IMG/VR virus record: IMGVR_UViG_3300048576_000547
Span: 1 to 54,102 of that record
Origin: a virus
Taxonomy: Duplodnaviria; Caudoviricetes
Strand: one strand, 5' to 3'
Length of the DNA stretch: 54,102 bases
Part shown: positions 27,465-37,129 of the stretch, piece by piece
Layout: each line of letters opens with the position of its first letter
Numbering within the stretch: the first letter of the stretch is position 1
The notes under the pieces: generated by a model
Databases searched by the model: none
Told to the model about the DNA's origin: nothing
Seen by the model: only the letters and a program-made list of their open reading frames with translations
Translations under genes and position numbers: made by a program

Positions 27465-28115
27465 ATGACTGAACTTACTGAAGGCCAACACAAGGCCGAG
27501 TTTATCGTTTCCGAAACCGAGGGCACGATTTCGCGCGATACCGTGACCATCTTGCATGGCCAAAATCTTCAAGCTGGTCATGTGCTGGGCAAGGTATCCG
27601 TCGGCGCGGCCACGGGCGCTGCGGCGGCTGGCAATGTCGGCAACGGCACGATCACCGACGTCTCGGTGGGATCCGGCGTCAAAGCCGGAACCTATGTGAT
27701 CGACTGCATCGAACCTGCGGCCAACGGCGGCACCTTCGCCGTCGAGGAACCGGGCGGCTCGATCATCGGCACGGCGCAGGTCGGAACGCCTTTCGTCGGC
27801 GCGATCAACTTCACTTTGACCGACGGCGCGACAGACTTCGCGGCGGGCGACCGCTTCACGGTGGTCGTGGGCGGCGGCTCCGGCAAGTACAAGGAATACC
27901 GCTCGTCGAACACCGATGGTTCGCAAACCGCCGTTGCCGTGTTGTTGGACGCCGTCGACGCGACCGCAGCCGACAAGGACGGCGTGATCATCGCCCGTCA
28001 AGCCGAAGTGAACGCCGCCGAACTCGTCTGGTTCACGGGCGCGACGGACGCTCAGAAAACGGCGGGCGCTAACCAGCTCAAAAACCAGACCATCCTCGTG
28101 CGCGCGGCCATCTAA
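27465..28115 (+). CDS. Head decoration protein with internal beta-rich insertion
   Basis: SRDTVTI...AGHVLGK N-terminus and DGSQTAVAVL...AEVNAAEL C-terminus; lies just before the capsid gene. Confidence 0.85.
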   Translation: MTELTEGQHKAEFIVSETEGTISRDTVTILHGQNLQAGHVLGKVSVGAATGAAAAGNVGNGTITDVSVGSGVKAGTYVIDCIEPAANGGTFAVEEPGGSIIGTAQVGTPFVGAINFTLTDGATDFAAGDRFTVVVGGGSGKYKEYRSSNTDGSQTAVAVLLDAVDATAADKDGVIIARQAEVNAAELVWFTGATDAQKTAGANQLKNQTILVRAAI

Positions 28116-28138
28116 GCCACACTTACGATTGTGTAACC

Positions 28139-28180
28139 GACAAAAGCCCTGCATTCGCAAAACGAATGCGGGGTTTTGTC
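28139..28180 (+). terminator. Strong hairpin between decoration and capsid genes
   Basis: GACAAAAGCCCTGCATTCG-CAAAA-CGAATGCGGGGTTTTGTC. Confidence 0.5.
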
Positions 28181-28201
28181 ATTCAGAAAGGAATCCTTCC
28201 T

Positions 28202-29218
28202 ATGCCTACGCTCGACGTATTCAACAGCAACGCCTTCTCGGTGGTGTCCCTGACGGACGCCATCAATAAGGTTCCCTTCATTCCCGGTAAGATCGGCCAG
28301 CTTGGCTTGTTCACGGAATCCGGCATCACCACGACCACGGTCATGATTGAGGAACGGCAAGGAAGCCTGAACCTGATCGAGACCACGGCTCGCGGCGCAC
28401 CTGCCGTGCAAAACCACGCCAATAAGCGCAAGGCGCGGTCGTTCGTCGTGCCGCACATCGCCATCGAAGACACGATCATGGCCGACGAAGTCCAGAACAT
28501 CCGATCCTTCGGCTCTGAAAACCAGATGGAGAGCGTCCAGCAGGTCGTCCAGTTCCGCCTAGCGGAAATGGCGAACAAGCACGATGCGACGCTGGAGCAT
28601 CTTCGCGTCGGCGCGATCAAGGGGCAAATCCTCGACGCGGACGGCGTGACGGTGCTTTACGACTTGTTCAACGAGTTCGGCGTGACACAGCAGGCGGAAG
28701 TCGACTTCGATCTCGACAACGCCAACCCCGAAGCCGGAGCCGTGAAACTGCTTTGCCATGCCGTCAAACGCAACATCGAGGACGAGCTTGGCGCGCAGAC
28801 CTACGACCACATCCACGCAATCTGCGGCTCGGACTTCTATGACGCGCTTGTCACGCATCCGGAAGTGACCAAGGCCTACGACCGTTATCAGGAAAGCCTT
28901 TTCCTGCGCACGGGACAAGCGCGGAGCCAGTTCGAATATGCGGGCATCGTGTTCGAAGAATATCGCGGCAAGGTCGGCACGGTGGAATACACCGAAAGCG
29001 CCAAGGCATTCTTCTTCCCCGTTGGCGTGCCGAACCTGTTCCGGCAGTACAACGCGCCTGCCGACTTCGTCGAGACGGTGAACACCGTTGGTTTGCCGCG
29101 TTACGCCAAACAGGCCATCGACGATGAGTTCGGGCGCTGGGTCAAGGTGCATTCGCAGTCCAACCCGCTGCCGATCTGCACGCGTCCGCGCGTGTTGGTC
29201 AAAGGCAAGGCCGCGTAA
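28202..29218 (+). CDS. Major capsid protein (lambda gpE-like family)
   Basis: FSVVSLTDAIN, TLEHLRVGAIKG, APADFVETVNTVGLPRYAK, QSNPLPICTRP. Confidence 0.95.
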   Translation: MPTLDVFNSNAFSVVSLTDAINKVPFIPGKIGQLGLFTESGITTTTVMIEERQGSLNLIETTARGAPAVQNHANKRKARSFVVPHIAIEDTIMADEVQNIRSFGSENQMESVQQVVQFRLAEMANKHDATLEHLRVGAIKGQILDADGVTVLYDLFNEFGVTQQAEVDFDLDNANPEAGAVKLLCHAVKRNIEDELGAQTYDHIHAICGSDFYDALVTHPEVTKAYDRYQESLFLRTGQARSQFEYAGIVFEEYRGKVGTVEYTESAKAFFFPVGVPNLFRQYNAPADFVETVNTVGLPRYAKQAIDDEFGRWVKVHSQSNPLPICTRPRVLVKGKAA

Positions 29219-29231
29219 TCGGGGAAAAGCC

Positions 29232-29543
29232 ATGTCCTTCGGCAATATGATTGCAGCCTTGTTTGCGGATCCGATCCTGAGCAAGGCCGCCGTCTATCTG
29301 CCGAAGGGCAGCGCCGAAGCCATCAATGTCCGCGTGATGACCAAGCAGCCGGATATCATCACGGACTTCGGCGAAGGGCAAATCCACGCGGCAACGACGC
29401 TGTTCGAGATACAAAGGCAGGACATCGCCCAGCCCAAAACGGGAGACAGGCTTACGGTGGACGGGATCACTTACATCGTCCAGTCCGAGCCAATGGGCGA
29501 CCGCGAACGGCTGATCTGGCGGCTTGACGTGATACCGGCATGA
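29232..29543 (+). CDS. Head-tail joining protein
   Basis: Position after capsid; LFADP...PKTGDRLTVDG..Y.VQSEP..DRERLIW. Confidence 0.8.
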   Translation: MSFGNMIAALFADPILSKAAVYLPKGSAEAINVRVMTKQPDIITDFGEGQIHAATTLFEIQRQDIAQPKTGDRLTVDGITYIVQSEPMGDRERLIWRLDVIPA

Positions 29544-30190
29544 GACTTCTCGCAGCGCTTCAGGGCGATCTCAAAAAGATCATGGCCGCCGAGCAGCGCG
29601 TGGCGGAACGGGCCGTGACGGATGGCGTGAGGCAAGCAACCGATGGCCTTAAACTGGAACTGCGCGGGCAAGTCACAGGGGCTGGCCTCGGCCAGAGGCT
29701 CGCCAACACATGGCGTGGGCAGGTCTTTCCCAAAAGCGGCCAAAGCCTTAACGCCGCAGGGTTCGTGTTCAGCAAAGCCCCGAACATCGTGGCCGTCTAC
29801 GCTCGTGGATGCGTTATCAAATCCAGCAAGGGTTTCTTTCTGGCTATCCCCACCCCTGCGGCAGGCAAGTTCGCGCTCTTCAAAAAAATTACGCCAGCCG
29901 GATGGGAACAGGCGCATGGCAAGAGGCTGCGCTTTGTCTACAGACGTGGCGCGCCGTCGCTGCTTGTGGCCGACGACATGCGCGCGCGGAAAGGGAAACG
30001 CGGAGGGTTCGCCGATGCCAGTGCTGCCTCCATACGGACGGGGCGCGGCCTCACCACGGTGCCGGTCTTTATCCTCGTGCCGCAGGTCACCATCAAAAAA
30101 CGCTTCGACATCGATTCCGTCGCCCAGAAATGGATCGACCGCACGCCCGAACTCATCATCCGGAACTGGCAAGAAAATGAACAGACATGA
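29540..30190 (+). CDS. DUF6441-like neck/tail completion protein
   Basis: LRGQVTGAGLGQRLANTW, LAIPT, LRFVYRR, VPVFILVPQV. Confidence 0.8.
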   Translation: MRLLAALQGDLKKIMAAEQRVAERAVTDGVRQATDGLKLELRGQVTGAGLGQRLANTWRGQVFPKSGQSLNAAGFVFSKAPNIVAVYARGCVIKSSKGFFLAIPTPAAGKFALFKKITPAGWEQAHGKRLRFVYRRGAPSLLVADDMRARKGKRGGFADASAASIRTGRGLTTVPVFILVPQVTIKKRFDIDSVAQKWIDRTPELIIRNWQENEQT

Positions 30191-30615
30191 CGCCACGCGA
30201 AACCATTCTGCAAGCGCTGTTCGCACAGTTGCAAACGATCCCTGATGCGCGGGTTCTGCGTAACGAGGTTCTGCCGGAGGTCATTCCTGCGGGCGGCTTG
30301 ATCATCCTACGCGACGGCGAAACGGGCGAGCCGGAAACGATGCTCTCGCCGATCTCTTACTACTGGCAGCATCGCGCCATGCTCGACATCGCGGTTCAAA
30401 AAGGCGAAGCGGCGGAGCGCGATGCGGCGCTGGACACGCTGTTCGAAGATATTGCGACAGCTCTTTCCACCGACCGCACGCTGGGCGGGCTTTGCGATCT
30501 CGTCACGCCGCTTGCGCCAGAAATCGGGTCGCTCGGCATCAATCAAGCACCGAGCGTCAAGACCGCCATTGTGTTGATTGAACTTATCTACGTCACCGAC
30601 GGCCAGCTGAATTAG
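30187..30615 (+). CDS. Putative tail terminator protein
   Basis: RETILQAL...VLPE.IPAGGLIILRDG...DRTLGGLCD; directly before the tail tube. Confidence 0.75.
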   Translation: MTPRETILQALFAQLQTIPDARVLRNEVLPEVIPAGGLIILRDGETGEPETMLSPISYYWQHRAMLDIAVQKGEAAERDAALDTLFEDIATALSTDRTLGGLCDLVTPLAPEIGSLGINQAPSVKTAIVLIELIYVTDGQLN

Positions 30616-30629
30616 CTGGCCGTTTTTTT
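30600..30629 (+). terminator. Rho-independent terminator inside the late operon
   Basis: CGGCCAGCT-GAATT-AGCTGGCCG followed by T7. Confidence 0.7.
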
Positions 30630-30655
30630 CACCACCACAACCGAAGGAGTAAACT

Positions 30656-31594
30656 ATGTCACGTGCTTATGGCGCGAATGCGCAGCTATTGGGTAAATTC
30701 GAAACCATCTACGGGTCTTCGCCCATCGGGAACTATACGAAGTTCCCGTTCGTGTCCTCGAATCTCGGTTCGGAACAAGGGTTGATCGCTTCCGATCTCT
30801 TGGGGCAAGGCCGCGATCCATCGCAACCAATCCGCGACGTGATCAAGGTCGAGGGTGATATCGTCGTGCCCGTCGATGTCCGCAATTTCGGTTATTGGCT
30901 GAAAGCGCTGCTGGGCGCGCCAGACACCACAGGCACGGGGCCGTATGTGCATACGTTCGACTCCGGTCTTTCGTCGCTGCCCAGCCTGTCGCTCGAAGTC
31001 GGCATGCCGGAAGCGTCGGCGTTTTTCATGAACATGGGCGTGCGTATCGACTCCATGCAGCTGTCGTTCGCACGCTCCGGCGCGGCCAACGCCACGCTGA
31101 ACTGCGTTGCGCAAGGTGAAACCCGTGCGGCGGCCAGCTCAGGCGGCACGCCGACATCGTCTTTGCTGACGCGCTTCAACCAGTTCCAAGGCTCGATCAA
31201 ACGGGACGGCACGGCGCTCGGCAACGTCACGGGAGCGCAGCTGACCTATAGCAACAATCTGGAACGCATCGAGACGATCCGCTCGGATGGCAAGATCGAC
31301 GGGGCCGACCCGACCATCGCCGCTCTGACGGGAACCATCGAGGTGCGTTTCGCGGACACGACGCTGATCGACACGGCGACCAACAACACGCCCATCGAGC
31401 TGGAGTTCGGGTACGTCATCGACGCCGACCATTCGCTTATCTTCACGGCGCATGAAGTCTATCTGCCCAAACCCAAGCTGGCCGTCACAGGCCCCGGCGG
31501 CGTGCAGGCGAGCTTTAACTGGCAGGCCGCGAAGCCGAGCGTCGGCCAAATGTTGACCGTCGCGCTCACCAATGATGTCGAGGATTACGCATGA
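30656..31594 (+). CDS. Major tail tube protein
   Basis: LGSEQGLIASDLLGQGRDP, NNLERIETIRSDG, GPGGVQASFNWQAA; AAGGAG RBS. Confidence 0.9.
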   Translation: MSRAYGANAQLLGKFETIYGSSPIGNYTKFPFVSSNLGSEQGLIASDLLGQGRDPSQPIRDVIKVEGDIVVPVDVRNFGYWLKALLGAPDTTGTGPYVHTFDSGLSSLPSLSLEVGMPEASAFFMNMGVRIDSMQLSFARSGAANATLNCVAQGETRAAASSGGTPTSSLLTRFNQFQGSIKRDGTALGNVTGAQLTYSNNLERIETIRSDGKIDGADPTIAALTGTIEVRFADTTLIDTATNNTPIELEFGYVIDADHSLIFTAHEVYLPKPKLAVTGPGGVQASFNWQAAKPSVGQMLTVALTNDVEDYA

Positions 31595-31938
31595 TCCGGC
31601 TTGATCTTAAGCGCGAGCCTTTTTGGCTTGATCTCGGTTATGGCGTGCGTCTGCATGTTCGCCCCGCGACATCGGCGCTTGTCATGGCCGCGCGGGTCTC
31701 GGCTCTGAAAGAAACGCAAGGGGACGCCGACGCCGGAACGCGCAGCGCGGCGCTCCTCAAGCGTCTAGCGGAGCTGGCCGTGCTCGCATGGGAAGGCGTT
31801 GGCGACAGCGAGGACAACCTCGCCGAAGTAACGCCGGAAGCTGTTTCGGCGTTGATGGACTTGTGGCCCATCGCGGACGCGTTCGAGCGACTCTACCTCG
31901 GCCCATCGCTTCTTCTGGAACAGGAAAAAAACGCCTAG
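31591..31938 (+). CDS. Tail assembly chaperone (gpG-like)
   Basis: Between tube and tape measure; ends LEQEKNA at a slippery site. Confidence 0.85.
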   Translation: MIRLDLKREPFWLDLGYGVRLHVRPATSALVMAARVSALKETQGDADAGTRSAALLKRLAELAVLAWEGVGDSEDNLAEVTPEAVSALMDLWPIADAFERLYLGPSLLLEQEKNA

Positions 31939-32288
31939 AGGCTCGCTGCAAATGGCATTTCGGCGGCGGGCCGGATTATTGCTGCTCGTGCGCCGAAAAC
32001 TGTTTGACGTGCTCGAAAGGAGAAACCAACGAGCACGGCGACCGCTGCCCCTACGCCGAGACCGAGCCGCAAACGATGGAAGGCTGGCAAGCGTGGGACG
32101 TTGCGCTTCGCTGTGCGGGGCAGCTTCGCACGGCGCAGCTTGCCGTCATCGGCATCGACATGAACGCCGCCATCCATATCGGAGAATCCCTCGGCTACGA
32201 CCCGACCGGATTGGTCGAGCTTCTCCCCGCCTGCGAGTCAGGAATGGTTTCCGCAATCAACGCAAAAGTTAATGAGGGCTTAAAGTAA
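31926..32288 (+). CDS. gpT-like extension reached by -1 programmed frameshift
   Basis: Slippery A AAA AAC at 31926-31932; the -1 frame stays open to 32288 (WHFGGGPDYC..C...CPY...PQTMEGWQAWD) and is TAATG-coupled to the tape measure gene. Confidence 0.8.
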   Translation, partial: KKRLEARCKWHFGGGPDYCCSCAENCLTCSKGETNEHGDRCPYAETEPQTMEGWQAWDVALRCAGQLRTAQLAVIGIDMNAAIHIGESLGYDPTGLVELLPACESGMVSAINAKVNEGLK

Positions 32289-34813
32289 TGCCCGAACGCA
32301 ATCTTGCAATCCGTCTGTCCGTCATGGATGGCGGCAAGGTCAAGGCCGAGCTGAAGGAGATCGGGGAGTCCGGCGAGAAGTCGCTCAAGAAGATTGAGCT
32401 TGCCGGACAGCCCGCTTCCAAAAGCCTGATCGCCCTGAACGCCGCCGCGAACGATATGAAAGGCGCGGCGATTGGTCTGTCCAGCCAGATGGGGCCGGTC
32501 GGCGCAGGGCTGGCCGCGCTGGGGCCTGCGGGACTTGCGGCAGGGGCGGCCCTTGGCGGTTTGGCTCTGATCTTCAAACAGAGCTACGAAGAAGCGGCAC
32601 TCGCCGAGCAGACCTTCAACCGTTTGCAAGGCGTGCTCAAAGCCACGGGCTATGCCTCCGGCCTGACGGGCAAAGAAATTGCCGAAATGGCCGAGCAGAT
32701 GGAGCATTCGACGCTGACCAGCGCCGAAGACGTCAAAAGCGCCGCCGCAATCATGGCGACGTTCCGTTCCGTGTCCGGCGACACGTTTAAACAGGCGATC
32801 CATTTGGCGCAGGACATGTCGTCCGTGTTTGGGCAGGATCTGCGCTCGTCCGCCACGCAGCTTGGCAAGGCCCTCGAAGATCCCGTGGAAGGCCTGACGG
32901 CCCTGCGGCGCGTGGGCGTTTCGTTTTCGGATTCTCAAAAAGACGTTATTAAGACGCTTGTCGAGACGGGACAAAAGGCCGAAGCGCAAAAGATGATCCT
33001 CGCCGCCCTGCAAGAACAGGTCGGCGGCGCGGGGCAAGCGGAAACGCAAGGTCTGACCGGAGCAACGCACCGCCTGTCGGTCGCTTGGGGCGATATGCTC
33101 AAGGCCATCGGCCAGACCGAAACCGTGGGCGGCACGGCGATGGGCGTGCTGGCAAAGCTCGCATCCACTTTTGAAGTGACGACCGAGTGGTTCAGCAAGG
33201 CTCCGCTTGATGTCCAGTTGCGAAAAGCTAAAAACGAACTGGCCGAAGTGCAAAAGCAGCTTGAATGGCTTCAAAACCTGCCGCCGGTTGTCCAGCCGCT
33301 TTATAAAGACAACACAGCGTTCCGGCAAAAGAAAGCCGCCGAACTTACGGCAGAGATCGAACGCCTGACTAAGGCCGAACAAGCCGAAGCCGACGAACGA
33401 GCCAAAGCTGATGCTGGTCGCGCCAACGCAGAAAAGGAAGGCCGCGCCGATCTTTTGCTCACGACGCGCAAGGGCATCGACGAGGCTTTGGCTAAACTCG
33501 TAAACGATCCCGCCGAGAAAATTACCAAAATTAATGACGAGCTGGCGAAGACAAAAACGAACCTGAACGCTCTGCGCGAAACGGACGGCAGTAATGCGGG
33601 CGCGGTCGATACGGCCATCAAACAGGCCGAAGAGCTTGCCAAACGCCAGATCGACGCCATTCAAAAACCCATTGCCGAAGCGGCGCAAAAGGAAGCGGAT
33701 GCGAACCAAAAGGTTATCGACGATCTGAAGCAAAAACTGCTTGGCATCGGCAATGAACGCCAAGCCTTTATCGATCAGGCCGTTTCGCGGCTTTCTAATA
33801 AGGCGACGGACGCCGATAAAAGCAAGACGAGCGATCTGGCTGGGCGATTATTCGATGAAAAAGCCTTCGCAAGCGCCGAGAAAGTCATCGCCGATCTCGG
33901 CAAGCAGATGGACAAGCTGTCTGACAAGCGCAAAGCGTTTGTTCAGGATGCGGTGGCAAAGCTTCCTGAAACGGCCACGCAAGAGCAAGTCGAGCGCACG
34001 AAGCAAATGGCCGCCTCGCTTTATGACCAGACGCAGGCGCAGGAAAAACTCGACAAGCTGAAACAAGAAGGCAAGCAGCTTACCGATCAATCCAAATCGG
34101 CGACGGAAGCCTACGCCGATCAGATCGCGCGCCTGACTGAAATGCTGAATGCGGGCGCAATCAGTCAGGAAGTCTTCAACAAAGCAAAGGATAAAGCCTA
34201 CGACGAGCAACTGGCCGGTCGTACGGACGGACAGGCCGGTGCGATCCGCGCCTTTCGCGCTTATCAGAAGGAAGGCGAAGATACGGCGGGGGCGGTCGAA
34301 AAAGCGTTTACAAGCGCCATGAAGGCGACCGAGGATGCCATCGTCAACATGGTGACATCCGGCGAGATTAGCCTCAACAGCCTGAACGATCTGGCCAACA
34401 GTATCGTTGCCGACATAACGCGGATGTTCGTGCAGCAATCGATCACTGGCCCGCTTTTCAAAGCGATGGGGTCAAGCCTTGAAGGCGGCGGCTTCTTGTC
34501 AGATATATTCGGCTCGCTCTTTCACGAAGGCGGAACGGTCGGTAGCCCAGCCCCCGCGCGACAGGTTCCTGCTTTCGTGTTTGCGGGAGCGCCCCGCTAT
34601 CATTCAGGCGGGATCGCTGGCCTACGACCAGACGAGGTTCCTGCGATCCTTCAACGAGGAGAAACCGTCCTGCCCAAAAACGCTCGGTCAGGCAATCAGG
34701 TCAATGTGGTGATGCAGATCTCGACGCCGGATGCGAATAGCTTTCGGGCCAGCCAAAGCCAGATCTCGGCGGAGGCTGCTCGAGGGATTAGTCGCGCAAG
34801 GCGAAATCTGTAA
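32288..34813 (+). CDS. Tail tape measure protein
   Basis: 841-aa Ala-rich helical protein; QLGKALEDP..GLTALRRVGV; C-terminal FHEGG...APRYHSGG...DEVPAILQRGE. Confidence 0.93.
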   Translation: MPERNLAIRLSVMDGGKVKAELKEIGESGEKSLKKIELAGQPASKSLIALNAAANDMKGAAIGLSSQMGPVGAGLAALGPAGLAAGAALGGLALIFKQSYEEAALAEQTFNRLQGVLKATGYASGLTGKEIAEMAEQMEHSTLTSAEDVKSAAAIMATFRSVSGDTFKQAIHLAQDMSSVFGQDLRSSATQLGKALEDPVEGLTALRRVGVSFSDSQKDVIKTLVETGQKAEAQKMILAALQEQVGGAGQAETQGLTGATHRLSVAWGDMLKAIGQTETVGGTAMGVLAKLASTFEVTTEWFSKAPLDVQLRKAKNELAEVQKQLEWLQNLPPVVQPLYKDNTAFRQKKAAELTAEIERLTKAEQAEADERAKADAGRANAEKEGRADLLLTTRKGIDEALAKLVNDPAEKITKINDELAKTKTNLNALRETDGSNAGAVDTAIKQAEELAKRQIDAIQKPIAEAAQKEADANQKVIDDLKQKLLGIGNERQAFIDQAVSRLSNKATDADKSKTSDLAGRLFDEKAFASAEKVIADLGKQMDKLSDKRKAFVQDAVAKLPETATQEQVERTKQMAASLYDQTQAQEKLDKLKQEGKQLTDQSKSATEAYADQIARLTEMLNAGAISQEVFNKAKDKAYDEQLAGRTDGQAGAIRAFRAYQKEGEDTAGAVEKAFTSAMKATEDAIVNMVTSGEISLNSLNDLANSIVADITRMFVQQSITGPLFKAMGSSLEGGGFLSDIFGSLFHEGGTVGSPAPARQVPAFVFAGAPRYHSGGIAGLRPDEVPAILQRGETVLPKNARSGNQVNVVMQISTPDANSFRASQSQISAEAARGISRARRNL

Positions 34814-34974
34814 CGTCTTGCTTTGTCACAAATCTTATTTTGTTGACCAAAGAATAGGTTAACGCCATGCTAAGGGCATGAAGGTTGGAGATTCATTCTT
34901 CTTCCTTCTGAGGCTTAAGAACCTCACATGTGCGGTATGACATCGTCCGTCAAGGATGTCGCCTTTCGGCTTAA

Positions 34975-35056
34975 CGCCGGAGGGCGATGCTGTATGTCCA
35001 GCCCGAAAGGGTAAAGAGTATCGCGCCGTCCTTGTGTCGGTTTTGAACCTCCGGCG
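34975..35056 (+). ncRNA. C4 (P1)/CI (P4)-like cloverleaf antisense RNA candidate
   Basis: Closing stem CGCCGGAGG/CCTCCGGCG; inner stem GCGATGCT/AGTATCGC capped by CCC-GAAA-GGG; small hairpin with TCCTTG loop; unpaired TTTGAA; complementary sites upstream and downstream. Confidence 0.55.
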
Positions 35057-35100
35057 ACCAGCGGAATTTGCCGCTGGCCGATACTTCAAACCGAGGGAGA

Positions 35101-35271
35101 ATGCAGATGCATGACATTGGTGCTTGGCAGCTTTGCGGCAACTTTTTTACGGCCTATTTGGGCAACCCTAATATATTGATTCTTTTAATTCTTCTTTTGC
35201 TCGGCGTTGGCACGAGCCGAAGGTTCATGGTTATTGCGAAAAACTTAAATTTAGGGTTAAGTAAACGTTAA
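35101..35271 (+). CDS. Small hydrophobic ORF downstream of the RNA element
   Basis: GAGGGAG RBS (ATG 35101 or 35107); ILILLILLLLGVG stretch; 3' end runs into the CtrA box, so it may be a remnant. Confidence 0.35.
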   Translation: MQMHDIGAWQLCGNFFTAYLGNPNILILLILLLLGVGTSRRFMVIAKNLNLGLSKR

Positions 35272-35272
35272 C
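35256..35272. promoter_or_regulatory. CtrA binding box upstream of the chemoreceptor gene
   Basis: GTTAA-GTAAACG-TTAAC matches TTAA-N7-TTAAC on both strands; about 105 bp before the ATG. Confidence 0.75.
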
Positions 35273-35377
35273 TCGTTCCACGTTTATTTAACACCCTCCC
35301 GTCCTGATAGAAAAACTGTAACGACCACAATTGAAAAATGTTCTTTCTATATGGTCGACAAATAATGGAGTCTTCCC

Positions 35378-37072
35378 ATGCGTTTTTGGAATAATTCAAG
35401 CCTGCTCGCTAAACTATTCATCCCGCAAATACTGGTTATCTGCGCTTGTGTGGTTATCATCGTAAGCGGATCGAAAGGATTTGATACGATCACAGGTCTT
35501 ACGGCGCGCATTATTGACAATGACATTGCGCGTACTCTTCTTGTTTTCGAAGCGAAAGACGAATTGGCGCAGGTCGCGTTAGCCGGTCGCAGTGCGGCGG
35601 GAACAACCGATAAGGAAGCGCTTAAATCGTTTGAAGCTGTTTTCACGGAACACGGTCAAAAAGCGCAAAAGATCGTAACCAAACTGGCAGCGGTAATTCA
35701 AGATCCCAACAGGCACAAAATCATCACGACTATCGATGGGGACATACAGAAGTATTTAGCCGCCTATGACCAATATTTTAACAGCCGCCACAATGAAGCG
35801 CCGCGCGAAACCATCGAGGCGCTTTCAAGCGAAACGGTGAAAATACGCAAAGGCATCCTTGAGAATTTCTCCGTGCTTGTGGAGGCGTATAAAGTAACGG
35901 TCAATACACGCCGAGAAGAAATAGTTGCCACAGGAAAAGAAACGTCGAATATGAACTTGTGGGTCTCCGTTGTCGGACTTCTCTTATCCTATGGTTTGCT
36001 TGGCTGGATCACGCTCAGGCAGGTGATCCGTCCATTGAATGCTGTCATTCGCAATCTCGATCAGGTTGCTGAAGGAAACCTTGATATTTCTGTCGAAGCA
36101 ACGGAACGCCACGATGAGGTCGGAAAACTGATGCGTTCCCTTCAAGTCTTCAAAGATAACGCGCTTAAGGTCGGCGCTTTGCAGCGAGAACAAAAAGAAG
36201 CCGAAGAACGCGCGGAAAAAAATCGCAAAACAGCCATGCTAAAAATGGCTGATGATTTTGAATCCAGCGTTCTGAGTGTTGTTAAGGGCGTAGCGGCATC
36301 TTCAACAGAAATGCAAGCCACGGCTCAGAATATGTCAGAGGTCGCAGGCACGACAAGCAACCAAGCGACTTCAGTTGCGGCGGCAACGACACAAGCAAGT
36401 TCAAACGTGGAAACGGTCGCTTCGGCTGCGGAAGAATTGTCTGCTTCCGTAAACGAAATCACAAGCCATGTTACGGATGCCGCGCGTATGGCCCAACAAG
36501 CCGCCGACGAGTGCAAAAGTACGGAAGAGATGGTGGAGAAATTGGCGTCGTCATCTCTGAAAATTGGTGAGATCGTCGATCTCATCAATCAGATCGCGGC
36601 AAAGACCAATCTTTTAGCACTTAACGCCACGATTGAAGCTGCCCGTGCTGGTGAGGCTGGCAAGGGTTTTGCCGTTGTTGCCAGCGAGGTGAAGCATCTT
36701 GCCAACCAAACGGCCAAGGCGACCGACGAAATCGGGACGCAAGTCGCTTCCATTCAAAGTGACACGAACAACGCCGTTGGCGCTATCAGGGCAATCTCCG
36801 GCACAATAGACAAAGTGCGGAACATCTCCTCAAGCATTGCAACCGCCGTCGAAGAACAAGGATCTGCGACAAGAGAAATCGCGCGGAATGTCCAACAGGC
36901 TTCTCAAGGTACGCATGAGGTTGCGGAGAACATCCATTTGGTCACCCAAGGAGCAACACAGACCGGAGCAGCGGCGGAACAGGTACTGGCAACGGCGGGC
37001 GAACTGGCCCACAACGCCGAAGTCCTGCACAAAGAGGTCGAGAACTTTCTGACGAATGTTCGTGCGAACTAA
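35378..37072 (+). CDS. Methyl-accepting chemotaxis protein (2 TM, 4HB-like sensor, HAMP, signalling domain)
   Basis: Two TM helices; HAMP (PL...VAEGNL...RHDEVGKL); [37 protein letters not shown] hairpin. Confidence 0.96.
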   Translation: MRFWNNSSLLAKLFIPQILVICACVVIIVSGSKGFDTITGLTARIIDNDIARTLLVFEAKDELAQVALAGRSAAGTTDKEALKSFEAVFTEHGQKAQKIVTKLAAVIQDPNRHKIITTIDGDIQKYLAAYDQYFNSRHNEAPRETIEALSSETVKIRKGILENFSVLVEAYKVTVNTRREEIVATGKETSNMNLWVSVVGLLLSYGLLGWITLRQVIRPLNAVIRNLDQVAEGNLDISVEATERHDEVGKLMRSLQVFKDNALKVGALQREQKEAEERAEKNRKTAMLKMADDFESSVLSVVKGVAASSTEMQATAQNMSEVAGTTSNQATSVAAATTQASSNVETVASAAEELSASVNEITSHVTDAARMAQQAADECKSTEEMVEKLASSSLKIGEIVDLINQIAAKTNLLALNATIEAARAGEAGKGFAVVASEVKHLANQTAKATDEIGTQVASIQSDTNNAVGAIRAISGTIDKVRNISSSIATAVEEQGSATREIARNVQQASQGTHEVAENIHLVTQGATQTGAAAEQVLATAGELAHNAEVLHKEVENFLTNVRAN

Positions 37073-37129
37073 ATCTCTTTGTCCGCATCGCTGATCAACA
37101 GCAATTCCTTTTGATGCAAGGCAATTGAA

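Noticed and set aside
32195-33763. Long antisense ORFs (for example 32195-33763, 26229-27308, 6065-7105, 17636-18655)
   Set aside because: Shadow ORFs opposite GC-rich genes with strong codon bias. Unlike the nested MTase beta frame, they have no recognisable motifs.
34975-35056. tRNA gene or c-di-GMP riboswitch upstream of the chemoreceptor
   Set aside because: No TTCGA T-loop or D-arm consensus, and no GGCAAA/GCAAAG-type c-di-GMP-I motifs. The fold and complementary flanks fit a C4/CI-like RNA better.
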